Shown here piece by piece: positions 7,273 to 15,694 of a stretch of DNA of 36,867 nt. The notes beneath the pieces are model-generated. The model searched no databases and was not told where the DNA came from. It was given only the letters and a program-made list of their open reading frames with translations. The DNA lies in the IMG/VR virus record IMGVR_UViG_3300037195_001174, positions 1-36,867 of that record, one strand, 5' to 3'. The translations under genes and the position numbers were made by a program. Origin of the DNA: a virus (Duplodnaviria; Caudoviricetes). How positions within the stretch are numbered: the stretch's first letter is position 1; each line of letters begins with the position of its first letter.

Positions 7273-7285
7273 ATTCCCAACAACG

Positions 7286-7315
7286 TTGACAAGGGAAAGG
7301 ACCATAGGCTACGGT
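7286..7315 (+). promoter_or_regulatory. Sigma70-type promoter of the replication operon (probably leaderless)
   Basis: TTGACA-N18-TACGGT, 6 nt before ATG 7322; no RBS. Confidence 0.65.
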
Positions 7316-7321
7316 CGCGAC

Positions 7322-7561
7322 ATGAGGGAAAAACGAGAGCACACCCCAGTCCCCCGGGAGGTCGCGCTGCACGTCGTTCGGGCGTGGCACTCCGGGGAGA
7401 TATCGCAATCCAAACTGGCCGAGGCCCACGGCCTGAGCTTGGGCTACGTCAACCGGCTCGTACACGGCGAGGTGCGCCCCGACGTGTACGCGCAGGTTGC
7501 GGACGAGCATCGGCGCGCAGCTGGCCCGCAGACGGAGGCCGCCGATGTATTGCAAGATTGA
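7322..7561 (+). CDS. HTH DNA-binding protein
   Basis: ISQSKLAEAHGLSLGYVNRLVHGE is an HTH pattern. Confidence 0.75.
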   Translation: MREKREHTPVPREVALHVVRAWHSGEISQSKLAEAHGLSLGYVNRLVHGEVRPDVYAQVADEHRRAAGPQTEAADVLQD

Positions 7562-7766
7562 AAGGCAGGACGAGACCGAGATTTATATCAGTGATCGCGG
7601 GCACATCTGCCTCTGCCAGAAAGACCCCATTGGGAACCCCGATAATGTGGTCACGTTCACCCCGTACGCGCTCGAAGCCATCATAGGCGACTTGCGCGCC
7701 GCCATCGGCGAGGCCGGGGAGATTCATACCCGGGTGACGCGCGAAGACCAGAATCCGGAGGAGTAG
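7545..7766 (+). CDS. Hypothetical protein
   Basis: GGAGG RBS, ATG 7545, ends 2 nt before the initiator gene. Confidence 0.65.
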   Translation: MYCKIERQDETEIYISDRGHICLCQKDPIGNPDNVVTFTPYALEAIIGDLRAAIGEAGEIHTRVTREDQNPEE

Positions 7767-7768
7767 CT

Positions 7769-8611
7769 ATGGACTGGCAGAACGAGAGCTACATCCGGCT
7801 GTATGTGCGGGACACCATGACTTGGCATCTGCTCGGGTGGAACGGCCAGGCGGTGCTGGCTCAGGTGCTCCGCAAGATGGACCTGTCAGGCGTGATGGAC
7901 ATCGGCGACAGGGAACCGTGGGAGGCCGTCGTCGCCCACTGTAGGGCCCCGGTGGATGCAGCCAAGGAAGGCATCGAGAAGTGTCTCGAGTTGGGGGTGT
8001 TCCAGCACAACACCGACGCGGGCCAACTAGTGGCCCCAAACTTCCGAGAAGCGCAGGAAGCGGTCAAGTCCGACAAGCTCCGACAGAAGGAATCACGAGC
8101 CCGGAGGCGACTGACTGCCATGTCACAAAACGTGATGGTTGAGGCACAATCCGTGATTGTAGAGTCCCGTTCTGTGACAAACGGTCACGACAGGCCCCAA
8201 TTACCCACAAACGGTCACGAACGGTCACCCAATGCGTTGCGTGACGGTGCGGTGCGTGACGATGCGGTGCGGTGCGTCGCGGGCGCGGGTGACCCCATTC
8301 TCAGTTTCGCCAAAGCCTGGCGGGAGCTGACCGGGCGCCACGAGTTCAAGGAGTACATGGCTATGGGTATGGTCGGCGGGACGGAACGGCAGGCGCTGGC
8401 CGACTTCCAGAAAGCCTGCGATGGGTCGGTTGCCGAGTTCCGCGCCCGGGTGTCGGCCCGGCTGGAGGGTGACCGGAACAATTTCAACCTTGAGCAGAGT
8501 CTGGTGCGGTGGTCGACCGACCTGATCAACGTGCCAGTCAAGGCGCCGAGTACCGAGAAATCATTCAGGGAGCGTTGGCTCGAAGAACGGGAGAATCCAG
8601 TTGACCATTGA
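7769..8611 (+). CDS. Putative replication initiator (lambda O-like organisation)
   Basis: N-terminal winged-helix-like region ending LVAPNFREAQ...DKLRQKESRARRR, repeat-encoded linker, directly upstream of DnaB. Confidence 0.75.
   Translation: MDWQNESYIRLYVRDTMTWHLLGWNGQAVLAQVLRKMDLSGVMDIGDREPWEAVVAHCRAPVDAAKEGIEKCLELGVFQHNTDAGQLVAPNFREAQEAVKSDKLRQKESRARRRLTAMSQNVMVEAQSVIVESRSVTNGHDRPQLPTNGHERSPNALRDGAVRDDAVRCVAGAGDPILSFAKAWRELTGRHEFKEYMAMGMVGGTERQALADFQKACDGSVAEFRARVSARLEGDRNNFNLEQSLVRWSTDLINVPVKAPSTEKSFRERWLEERENPVDH
8121..8278. repeat. Putative replication origin iterons inside the initiator gene
   Basis: Three 21-bp-period units G(T/G)C(A/C)C-N5-GTGA at 8122, 8143 and 8164; ACAAACGGTCACGA at 8177 and 8207; (GCGGT)n/GCGTGACG repeats at 8239-8277. 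Confidence 0.7.
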
Positions 8612-9875
8612 AACCGCAGCGCTTGAGCGCGACCTGGCTAGCTGCCTGCTGCTTGACGAGTCGATCCTCGGACGGCTGCGGTTCGACCCGGCCGAGCTAT
8701 CCGACCCGCCATCCCGGGACATCATCGAGGCCGCGCTGACTCTGCGCGAAATCGGGGAGCGGGTGGACCGGGTGAGCGTCAAGCTGTGGCTCGAAGACCA
8801 CGGCCGGAAGTACGTGGACCCGCGAGTGGACGACACCCTGTGGACGCCCAAGGCCAATCAGATGCTCCACGACCGGCTGCAGTTGCGCCGGGTGCGGATC
8901 GAGCTACAGCGCGCCCTGGTGTGCTGCGAGTCTGGGAGCGTCGACGCGACCCGGGAGCGGGTGGCAGCCATCGCTGTTGCACGTGAAAACATCGGGGACG
9001 ATTCATCCCGTCCGCTCGGGGCGCTGGCGCTCGCAGCCGCGGACGCTGCGCTGAACCCCGACGAGTCCACCCGGCTGCATCTGGGGCTCGGCGGGCTGCA
9101 GAACGCGCTCGGGGGCATGGGTGTGGGCGACATGTGCATCGTGGGAGCCGACACGGGCATCGGGAAAAGCTCGCTGGCGCTGTCGATGGCGATGGGCATG
9201 GAGCGGCGGCAGCGGGTGGGGATCATCTCCTGCGAGGACCCGGAGGGCATCTGGGGCGCCCGGGGGCTCGCCGCGATGACCGGGGTCAGCTCGCTGCGGA
9301 TGCTCACCGGCATGTCCGCGAAGAACAGCGACGATCAAGCCGCGCTGAACGCGTTCAAGGCTGCCCCGCAGAATCCCGCGGTGGACGTGGACTTCAAGGT
9401 CGGTAGACCGCTGTCCGACGTGCTCGCGGGCATGCGCAGGCGGGCAGCGGGTGGGGCCCGGTTGATCATCGTGGACTACCTGCAGGCCATCCTGTCCGAG
9501 ACGCCCAGCGCGCCGCGGAAAGACCAGATCCGCGAGATAGCCGCCCGCATCAAGGGCCAGGCGCAGACGCTCGGGGTAGGGCTCGTGGCACTGTCGCAGC
9601 TGTCGCGCCCGGAGAAGGGCAAGCCGAAGCGGGAGCCGAGCAAGTACGACCTGAAAGAATGCGGCGATTTGGAGAATATGGCCGAAATCATACTGTTGAT
9701 GTGGGCCGGGAACACGGACACGGAGATCAACCTGAAGGTCGAGAAGAGCAAGTGGGGCTGCAGACAGCGGCTCCATAATTTGCGCAGGAATGGCTCCGGG
9801 ACGCTGGTCGAGGTGGACCACAGCCACGACGAGCCGCCAGGATTTGAGAGCAGCCGAGGACGGGTGATGCAATGA
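8601..9875 (+). CDS. dnaB: DnaB-like replicative helicase
   Basis: Walker A GADTGIGKS, IIVDYLQ, LSQLSR, DLKECGDLENMAEIILL. Confidence 0.92.
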   Translation: MTIETAALERDLASCLLLDESILGRLRFDPAELSDPPSRDIIEAALTLREIGERVDRVSVKLWLEDHGRKYVDPRVDDTLWTPKANQMLHDRLQLRRVRIELQRALVCCESGSVDATRERVAAIAVARENIGDDSSRPLGALALAAADAALNPDESTRLHLGLGGLQNALGGMGVGDMCIVGADTGIGKSSLALSMAMGMERRQRVGIISCEDPEGIWGARGLAAMTGVSSLRMLTGMSAKNSDDQAALNAFKAAPQNPAVDVDFKVGRPLSDVLAGMRRRAAGGARLIIVDYLQAILSETPSAPRKDQIREIAARIKGQAQTLGVGLVALSQLSRPEKGKPKREPSKYDLKECGDLENMAEIILLMWAGNTDTEINLKVEKSKWGCRQRLHNLRRNGSGTLVEVDHSHDEPPGFESSRGRVMQ

Positions 9876-10417
9876 CGAAAACTGACGAGAAATTGCGAGA
9901 AGCCAGCCACCGCGCCCGCTCGGCGTCCGGGAGGCCAGCCGAATGGGCCGAGGCGTGGCGCGATCAGCAGAAGCGCATAGAGGCGCAGGCGTTCCGGGAC
10001 CAGCAAGCCCGTAAAGCGGCCCAGGAGCCCGCGCAGGGCCCGCCTGCGTTCAGCGGGTACGTCGCGCCGTCCGCGACCAAGGAACCCCCGCAAGGGGCCT
10101 TCAGGGCCCAGCAATCGGGCTTCTCGCGCGCGATGTCTGTGATGCAGGTGGCCGCGGCCGAGATAGACACGTGCCATGCTGCGCTTGACGCTGCGGCGAC
10201 CCCCCAGCGGGACACGCTTGCGGAGCGGGTGCAGTGGTTGTGCGATTCGCGGGACGGCGCAGGCGACGTACAGGTCACAGCCGCATGGTTCGATGGCGAT
10301 CATCCGAACTCGCTGCACCCAGTGGGCCTGATGATCGATCCACGTAGCCGCACCGTACACGTCCCCGTGGGGTGGTGGATACGCGAGGCCCGTGCGGGTA
10401 ATGGGGGCAAGTCATGA
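9872..10417 (+). CDS. Hypothetical protein (paralog A)
   Basis: ATGA coupling; N-terminal ~110 aa homologous to the next gene. Confidence 0.7.
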   Translation: MTKTDEKLREASHRARSASGRPAEWAEAWRDQQKRIEAQAFRDQQARKAAQEPAQGPPAFSGYVAPSATKEPPQGAFRAQQSGFSRAMSVMQVAAAEIDTCHAALDAAATPQRDTLAERVQWLCDSRDGAGDVQVTAAWFDGDHPNSLHPVGLMIDPRSRTVHVPVGWWIREARAGNGGKS

Positions 10418-10845
10418 GCAAAGACGAGAAATTGCGAGAAGCCAGCTACCGCGCCCGCTCCGCTTCCGGCCGCCCGGAGGAATGGGCGCAGGCGTTCCGG
10501 GACCAGCAAGCCCGTAAAGCGGCCCAGGAGCCCGCGCAGGGCCCGCGGGCGACTCCGGGCCACATGGGTCCATTCTCGGTCAAGGAACGCCCGCTGGAGG
10601 CCTCCATGGCTCAGCAATCGGGCATCCCGGCGACCATCGGGCGCGCTATGTCCGTGATGCAGGCAGCTGCGACCGAAATGGACGTGGCTCACGCGGCCCT
10701 CGACGCCCACGACGTGCCGACCGAGGACGACCGCGGGCAGCCGCTGTCGCTCGCGATGCGCATCCGGCGGGCGCTGGAGGAATTGGACGGCTATCGGAAC
10801 GCTGCGGATGAGCGGATGGTCACAGGCGGGTGGGCCGATGAGTAG
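10414..10845 (+). CDS. Hypothetical protein (paralog B)
   Basis: ATGA coupling; shares DEKLREAS.RARSASGRP, AQAFRDQQARKAAQEPAQGP and RAMSVMQ.AA.E.D..HAALDA with the previous gene. Confidence 0.7.
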   Translation: MSKDEKLREASYRARSASGRPEEWAQAFRDQQARKAAQEPAQGPRATPGHMGPFSVKERPLEASMAQQSGIPATIGRAMSVMQAAATEMDVAHAALDAHDVPTEDDRGQPLSLAMRIRRALEELDGYRNAADERMVTGGWADE

Positions 10846-11167
10846 CCACGCCCCGCTCGGGACGGTCCGCACCTACCGCCACGGGCGCAAGGGCCGCGTC
10901 ACACAGTGGATCAAGACGTCCACGGCCGAGCCTGGTCCGCTGTGGGAGTACATGCCCATCCGCGGGCCGGCGCTGACCATGATCGCTGACAGCGGGTGGC
11001 GACTCGGGACCGTGCTGCGCTCGGATCGGTGGCCACAATTGCGCAGGATTCGGCGCATCGATGGCGATCGGGTATACCTCGCGTGGGCGGACAGCCGCGG
11101 GCGGTTCCGCTCCGGGTATCGCCCGGTCCGGACGCTGCCGCTGGATTGCGAGGAGGTGGCGCGGTGA
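10838..11167 (+). CDS. Hypothetical Arg-rich protein
   Basis: Overlaps both neighbours in operon fashion. Confidence 0.55.
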   Translation: MSSHAPLGTVRTYRHGRKGRVTQWIKTSTAEPGPLWEYMPIRGPALTMIADSGWRLGTVLRSDRWPQLRRIRRIDGDRVYLAWADSRGRFRSGYRPVRTLPLDCEEVAR

Positions 11168-12426
11168 TCGATTTTGAGATCGTGAACGCGGATTGCCTCG
11201 AACATCTCGCGACCCTCGAGGCCGATAGCGTGGACGCCATCGTGAGCGATCCGCCATATGGGCTGTCGTTCATGGGCAAGGGGTGGGATCACTCGGTCCC
11301 CGGCCCGGAATACTTCGCGGCCCAACTGCGGGTTGCTAAGCCCGGGGCGCACCTAGTCGCGTTCGGCGGGACGCGGACCTACCACCGGCTAGCGTGCGCG
11401 ATCGAGGATGCCGGATGGGAGATGCGCGACTGTCTGATGTGGCTGTATGGCAGCGGGTTTCCCAAGTCGCACGATGTTAGCAAGGGGATCGACGCAGCCG
11501 CGGGCGCGGAGCGCGAGGTGGTCGGGCCGCCGACGCGCCATGCAGGGCAATCATATCAGTGGGCGGGAGACGTCCGGCACCCCGCGACCGATGCCGCGAA
11601 GCAGTGGGACGGGTGGGGGACCGCGCTCAAGCCCGCGTGGGAGCCAATCATCCTCGCACGCAAGCCGCTGGCCGGGACCGTCGCGGCTAACGTGCTGGAG
11701 CATGGGACCGGGGCGATCAACGTGGACGAGTGTCGGATTGGGACGGATGACGGAACTCGAAACCGCCCGCCCGCTAAGCCGTCCGCGACGACCTACGCGC
11801 AGGACGCGTGGACCGCGGACCCCAACAACCACGAACCCTTCGAGGCAGCCGGTAAGGGCCGGTGGCCCGCGAACGTCCTGCTAGATCCCGAAGCCGCCGC
11901 CGCGCTGGACAAGCAGAGCGGGGAGAGGCCGGCGGGCAACGTGCCAGCGGTGACGGGCGCGCGGGCTGTATACGGCGGGCTGTCCGGACACAAGAGCGAA
12001 CCCCGCAGCATGGGCGACTCCGGGGGCGCATCCCGATTCTTCTATTGCGCCAAAGCGTCCCGATCCGAACGCGAGGCCGGGCTTGAAAACTTTACGGCCG
12101 TGGCACCGACCGAGATCACCGGCCGCAAGCCGGGCAGCGCGGGACACCAAACCCCATACGCTGGCATGACGGGCGAAGCCCCCCGCCGCAACACCCATCC
12201 GACGGTCAAACCGATCGAGCTGATGCAGTGGCTATGCCGGCTCGTGACCCCGCCTGGCGGGCTGATACTCGATCCGTTCTGCGGTAGCGGGACCACAGGC
12301 TGCGCGGCCGTACGGGAGGATATGCGATTCCTGGGCATCGAACTTGACCCGGGGCACGCAGCGATTGCGCGGGCTCGAGTGGAGCACCATGCTCGCGAGC
12401 CAAGGCAGATGGAGCTATTCACATGA
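11164..12426 (+). CDS. DNA N6-adenine/N4-cytosine methyltransferase (beta class)
   Basis: DAIVSDPPYG, HPTVKPIELMQWLCRLVTPPGGLILDPFCGSGTTG, GIE; GTG start after GGAGG. Confidence 0.95.
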   Translation: MIDFEIVNADCLEHLATLEADSVDAIVSDPPYGLSFMGKGWDHSVPGPEYFAAQLRVAKPGAHLVAFGGTRTYHRLACAIEDAGWEMRDCLMWLYGSGFPKSHDVSKGIDAAAGAEREVVGPPTRHAGQSYQWAGDVRHPATDAAKQWDGWGTALKPAWEPIILARKPLAGTVAANVLEHGTGAINVDECRIGTDDGTRNRPPAKPSATTYAQDAWTADPNNHEPFEAAGKGRWPANVLLDPEAAAALDKQSGERPAGNVPAVTGARAVYGGLSGHKSEPRSMGDSGGASRFFYCAKASRSEREAGLENFTAVAPTEITGRKPGSAGHQTPYAGMTGEAPRRNTHPTVKPIELMQWLCRLVTPPGGLILDPFCGSGTTGCAAVREDMRFLGIELDPGHAAIARARVEHHAREPRQMELFT

Positions 12427-12650
12427 CCACGCCGAACTTGAGACTCATCCGCAGCCCGGAGCCGCACGAGGACCCCGCCCCGCCCGAAGATGTCACGCGG
12501 GTATTTCGCTGGCGGAACGCCTATTGCGGCGTGTGCGAGGAGTGGACCAGGCAGGCGATGGAGGTGCTGCCGACCGCGGTCGAAGGCATCCGGTCCGCGG
12601 GCTCGTTCTGGTTTTGTTGTCGCCACAAGTCGCAGCGCGGTCCCGAATGA
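12423..12650 (+). CDS. Small Zn-ribbon-like protein
   Basis: YCGVCEEW...WFCCRH; ATGA coupling. Confidence 0.55.
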   Translation: MTTPNLRLIRSPEPHEDPAPPEDVTRVFRWRNAYCGVCEEWTRQAMEVLPTAVEGIRSAGSFWFCCRHKSQRGPE

Positions 12651-12702
12651 TGTACGCTCGCCCCCGTCGCTCTGACTGCCCACACATTGGAGCGGCGAAC
12701 AC

Positions 12703-13377
12703 ATGACGAAATCGGACCAGCAAGCCTGCGCGCTCGTCGCGCTCGGTATCATGCTCGCGTTGATATACAGCGCGCTCGTGGCCACGCGTGCCGCAGCGTC
12801 CCCGCCTACCAACGCGCCGATGGTCCCGGGCCAATGGAATCGCAACACGCACCTGTGGCTCGCCCGCAGCCTGGTCGGGGAGGCCGGGTGGAAGAGCGTG
12901 GACGACCATGTGGCGATCATGAATATCCTGCGCCGTCGCTGGCAGCGGCTGGAGCAGCAGGTCCCGGGGACGCCGTTTGTGGTGATGGTCCGGCAGTACG
13001 CAGCGGGCATGTCCGCGAGCCGGACGCGATTCTCGCCGCGGACGACGTGGGTCCGTGCGCTGCCCTACACGATGCCCGCGACGGCCGCGTCTATGCAGGA
13101 CGAGCTGAACGAGCGCGGGTGGGCCGGCCTGGTGTACCGCATCCCGCCGCCGACCGGGTGGCCCGCCCATCTCGACTGGGCCGCGTACCTGCCGCGGTGG
13201 AACCGGGTGCTGGAGCGGTCGAACGCATGGGCGCAGGGTCGCTACGCCGACAAATGCCCGGAGGCCCTTCATTGGGGGGCACCTAGCGGCGTGGACATGG
13301 TGCGCGCGATGGAGGCCGGGTGGACCGCGGTCGATTGCGGGGACACGCTCAATCGCTTCTGGAGGTCGAAGCGATGA
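12703..13377 (+). CDS. Putative SleB/Hydrolase_2-like cell-wall hydrolase with N-terminal signal/anchor
   Basis: Hydrophobic N-terminus. WLARSLVGEAG...HVAIMNILRRR resembles the SleB catalytic-Glu motif (LA..I..EA....AV..V..NR). ALHW and NRFW near the C-end. Confidence 0.5.
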   Translation: MTKSDQQACALVALGIMLALIYSALVATRAAASPPTNAPMVPGQWNRNTHLWLARSLVGEAGWKSVDDHVAIMNILRRRWQRLEQQVPGTPFVVMVRQYAAGMSASRTRFSPRTTWVRALPYTMPATAASMQDELNERGWAGLVYRIPPPTGWPAHLDWAAYLPRWNRVLERSNAWAQGRYADKCPEALHWGAPSGVDMVRAMEAGWTAVDCGDTLNRFWRSKR

Positions 13378-13688
13378 GCGAATCCGCCCTACTCCGCGAG
13401 GTGATGAAGCGCGTGGGAGCGATGCCCGGCGCACACCCGATGCGGCGCAACTCGGGCAAACGGCGGTCCCGGTCGCCCAACGGGTGCGAGACGGGCACCC
13501 CGGATATCGAGGTGATGCTCCGGGACATGCGGGTGGTGTGGCTGGAGCTCAAGGTGGACAAGGGCAAGCCGAGTCCGGAGCAACTCGAATGGCATGCGAT
13601 GGCGCGCGCGATGGGCCATCGGGTGTACGTGTGCCGCAGCGTGCAGGAAGCGGTCGACGCCGTGCAGGAGGTGCAGGATGCGGACTGA
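13374..13688 (+). CDS. VRR-NUC domain nuclease (Holliday junction resolvase-like)
   Basis: SESALL...GTPDIEV...WLELKVDKGKPSPEQLEWH...GHRVYVCRSVQEA. Confidence 0.9.
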   Translation: MSESALLREVMKRVGAMPGAHPMRRNSGKRRSRSPNGCETGTPDIEVMLRDMRVVWLELKVDKGKPSPEQLEWHAMARAMGHRVYVCRSVQEAVDAVQEVQDAD

Positions 13689-14019
13689 GGCGCAGATCCA
13701 GGCAGCCCGGGCCAGCCGCCCCGCCCCGCGCGAGGTGCAGTGTCCCGAATACTTGGGCCCGGCCGGGGTGGTCGCCCACATGGCCGCCCTACGCACGCGG
13801 CTCGCTTTGGCCTATGCTCGGATCCAGGTGCTGGAATCCGAACTAAGGGCGAGCCATGGGCGAGAAGAAAACGCGAGAAATCAAGGGGCCGACGGTGACG
13901 TATCGGCCCGTGGTGATGCTGAGCAAGCCGGTGGCGCTCAAAAGCAAGCCGATGGCGTTGCTCGGGCAGCGGCGGAAGAAGAAGCGCAAGAAAGCGAACT
14001 GACCAAGGAGCCAAGATGA
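13678..14019 (+). CDS. Hypothetical coiled-coil protein
   Basis: Overlaps the VRR-NUC stop; LRTRLALAYARIQVLESEL. The C-half overlaps another plausible ORF. Confidence 0.5.
   Translation: MRTEAQIQAARASRPAPREVQCPEYLGPAGVVAHMAALRTRLALAYARIQVLESELRASHGREENARNQGADGDVSARGDAEQAGGAQKQADGVARAAAEEEAQESELTKEPR
13856..14002 (+). CDS. Small Lys-rich protein (48 aa)
   Basis: Read by hand: MGEKKTREIKGPTVTYRPVVMLSKPVALKSKPMALLGQRRKKKRKKAN. AAGGG upstream, GC-rich third positions, stop just before the GroES RBS. Confidence 0.5.
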   Translation: MGEKKTREIKGPTVTYRPVVMLSKPVALKSKPMALLGQRRKKKRKKAN

Positions 14020-14399
14020 CGAAAAAGAAGCGCCCGGCGAGCGAAATACCGGGGATCACGCAGCTCAACGGGCTGCAGTACTTCGTGACCGAGATGGCGC
14101 GACCGACCACGGTCACGAGCAAGGGCGGGATTGTCCTCGCTCAGACCGAGAAGTCCGCGGAGGAGTGGGCGAGGTACGGGCGCATCGTGGTGGACGGCGA
14201 CGGCGCCGTGCTCGCGGACGGGAAGCATCACGAGTGCAAGTACGCGGTGGGCGACCATGTGTTGCTGGATAGATACACGGCGCAGACTGTGGTTCGTGGG
14301 AAGCATGTTCGGCTGGTCCCGGAGCCGCACATCTTCGCGAAGGTCGACCCGGACGCGATGGAAGCGGACAACGCGGACGACTGGAGGCCGGGCTCGTGA
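14016..14399 (+). CDS. groES: GroES/Cpn10-like co-chaperonin
   Basis: TSKGGIVL mobile loop, GRIVVDGDG...DGK, VGDHVLLDRY, RLVPEPHIFAKV; AAGGAG RBS. Confidence 0.85.
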   Translation: MTKKKRPASEIPGITQLNGLQYFVTEMARPTTVTSKGGIVLAQTEKSAEEWARYGRIVVDGDGAVLADGKHHECKYAVGDHVLLDRYTAQTVVRGKHVRLVPEPHIFAKVDPDAMEADNADDWRPGS

Positions 14400-14632
14400 G
14401 TAAGTGCCCCGGATGCAAGAGCCTGAATCGGACGCTCAACCGCGAGCGCACGTTCACGAGCTGGATCGTGATGGCCCTCCTAAATCGCACTGAGGACCGC
14501 GAGATCAAGATCGAGGGCAAGGAGCTGAAGGCACTCCGCCCCGCGGAAGAGGAGCCGGTCATCACGCAGGACAGCAAGCGCGGGACCATCGAGCTCAAGA
14601 TGCGGTCGAAGCCGAAACTGGTGGGGCTGTGA
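14396..14632 (+). CDS. Hypothetical protein
   Basis: GTGA coupling; CPGC at the N-terminus. Confidence 0.65.
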   Translation: MSKCPGCKSLNRTLNRERTFTSWIVMALLNRTEDREIKIEGKELKALRPAEEEPVITQDSKRGTIELKMRSKPKLVGL

Positions 14633-15024
14633 CCGCGGAGACGTGCGGGTCGTGCCGCTACTACTCCGCGGGGCCACCGCGTGATGGCTACGAGGGCGAA
14701 TGGGGGTGGTGCTACCGCTACCCACCGCAGGCATCCCGCGAACCAGACCCGGTGCACTTCGACAGCCGCACACGGGCGCGGACAATCACGGTCAGCAACT
14801 ACCCGCCCCTGCCCGCGGACACCCGCGCCTGCGGCGAGTACGCGCCCATCCCCGGCCAGGAGCCATGCGGCTGCACTCACTACACGTGCAAAGCGGACAA
14901 CTGGGCCTGCAGCGAATGCGGGAAACCGTATGTCCCGCCAGAAGCTGCGGGGAGTCGCGATAACCCGCACGGAGTCGCGATTGTCCCGCTGGACAGCGAC
15001 CAAACCCCAGAAGAGGAGGGCTAG
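14629..15024 (+). CDS. Cys-rich hypothetical protein
   Basis: TCGSCRYY...GWCYRYPP...P.L.AD..ACGEY, a common small phage Zn-binding pattern, plus CSECG. Confidence 0.7.
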   Translation: MTAETCGSCRYYSAGPPRDGYEGEWGWCYRYPPQASREPDPVHFDSRTRARTITVSNYPPLPADTRACGEYAPIPGQEPCGCTHYTCKADNWACSECGKPYVPPEAAGSRDNPHGVAIVPLDSDQTPEEEG

Positions 15025-15131
15025 CGTGCGGATTGTACGCTTCGCGTGCCTTTCCTCGGCTGCGCCTCGTCAAGGTACCGAGCGCAACCGTTTCGTCAAT
15101 AGGGCTGATACATCTAGTGGGAGATTGTCCC

Positions 15132-15251
15132 ATGGGTAAGTCTGACGCCATCCATTGCGCGCGCTGCGATGCTCCCCCGGGGACCACTTCCGGCTGCGCG
15201 GCCCGCGATCGACAGCGCCAACGCGCGCGACGGGTTAACAGGGCAATCTGA
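15132..15251 (+). CDS. Possible small Cys-containing peptide (39 aa)
   Basis: GGGAG upstream of ATG 15132; ends 2 nt before TerS. Confidence 0.35.
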   Translation: MGKSDAIHCARCDAPPGTTSGCAARDRQRQRARRVNRAI

Positions 15252-15253
15252 CG

Positions 15254-15694
15254 ATGAAACTCACCCTCACGGACAGCATTCAGGAGACCATGGTGCGATT
15301 GGCGGGCAAGGGAATGCCCATTAATCGTATGTGCTGGTACTGCGGGGTGGGCGAGCGGGCGTACTACAACTGGCTTCGCAAGGGCGACATGGGCCAGGAG
15401 CCCTACGCCGCATTCGCCGCAGCCATCCGCAAGGCGCAGGGGGAGCGGGCGGACAGGCTCACCGGGCTGGTTGAGACCCACGCAAAGGACGACCCGGCGA
15501 CCGCTCGGTGGCTGTTGTCGCGGATGTCCCCGGCGCAGTTCGGGGACCAGGGCGCGGAAGAGGACCACACAGACGCGGCCTACGCGGGCAACACCGAGGC
15601 GGAGGTGGTCGAGATGTTCGCCAATGACCCGAAGATTCAGGAGCGCGTGCTCGAGGTGCTGCGCGCCAAGCGGTTGGAGAGCGGCGATGAGTGA
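15254..15694 (+). CDS. Terminase small subunit-like protein
   Basis: KLT...G......C...GVGERAYYNWLRKG HTH, FAAAIRKAQ, ARWLLSRMSPAQFG; opens the late region. Confidence 0.75.
   Translation: MKLTLTDSIQETMVRLAGKGMPINRMCWYCGVGERAYYNWLRKGDMGQEPYAAFAAAIRKAQGERADRLTGLVETHAKDDPATARWLLSRMSPAQFGDQGAEEDHTDAAYAGNTEAEVVEMFANDPKIQERVLEVLRAKRLESGDE

Noticed and set aside
15072-15099. Antisense promoter TTGACG-N16-TACCTT before the late region
   Set aside because: Short spacer and no leftward gene to serve; cannot be supported without transcript data.
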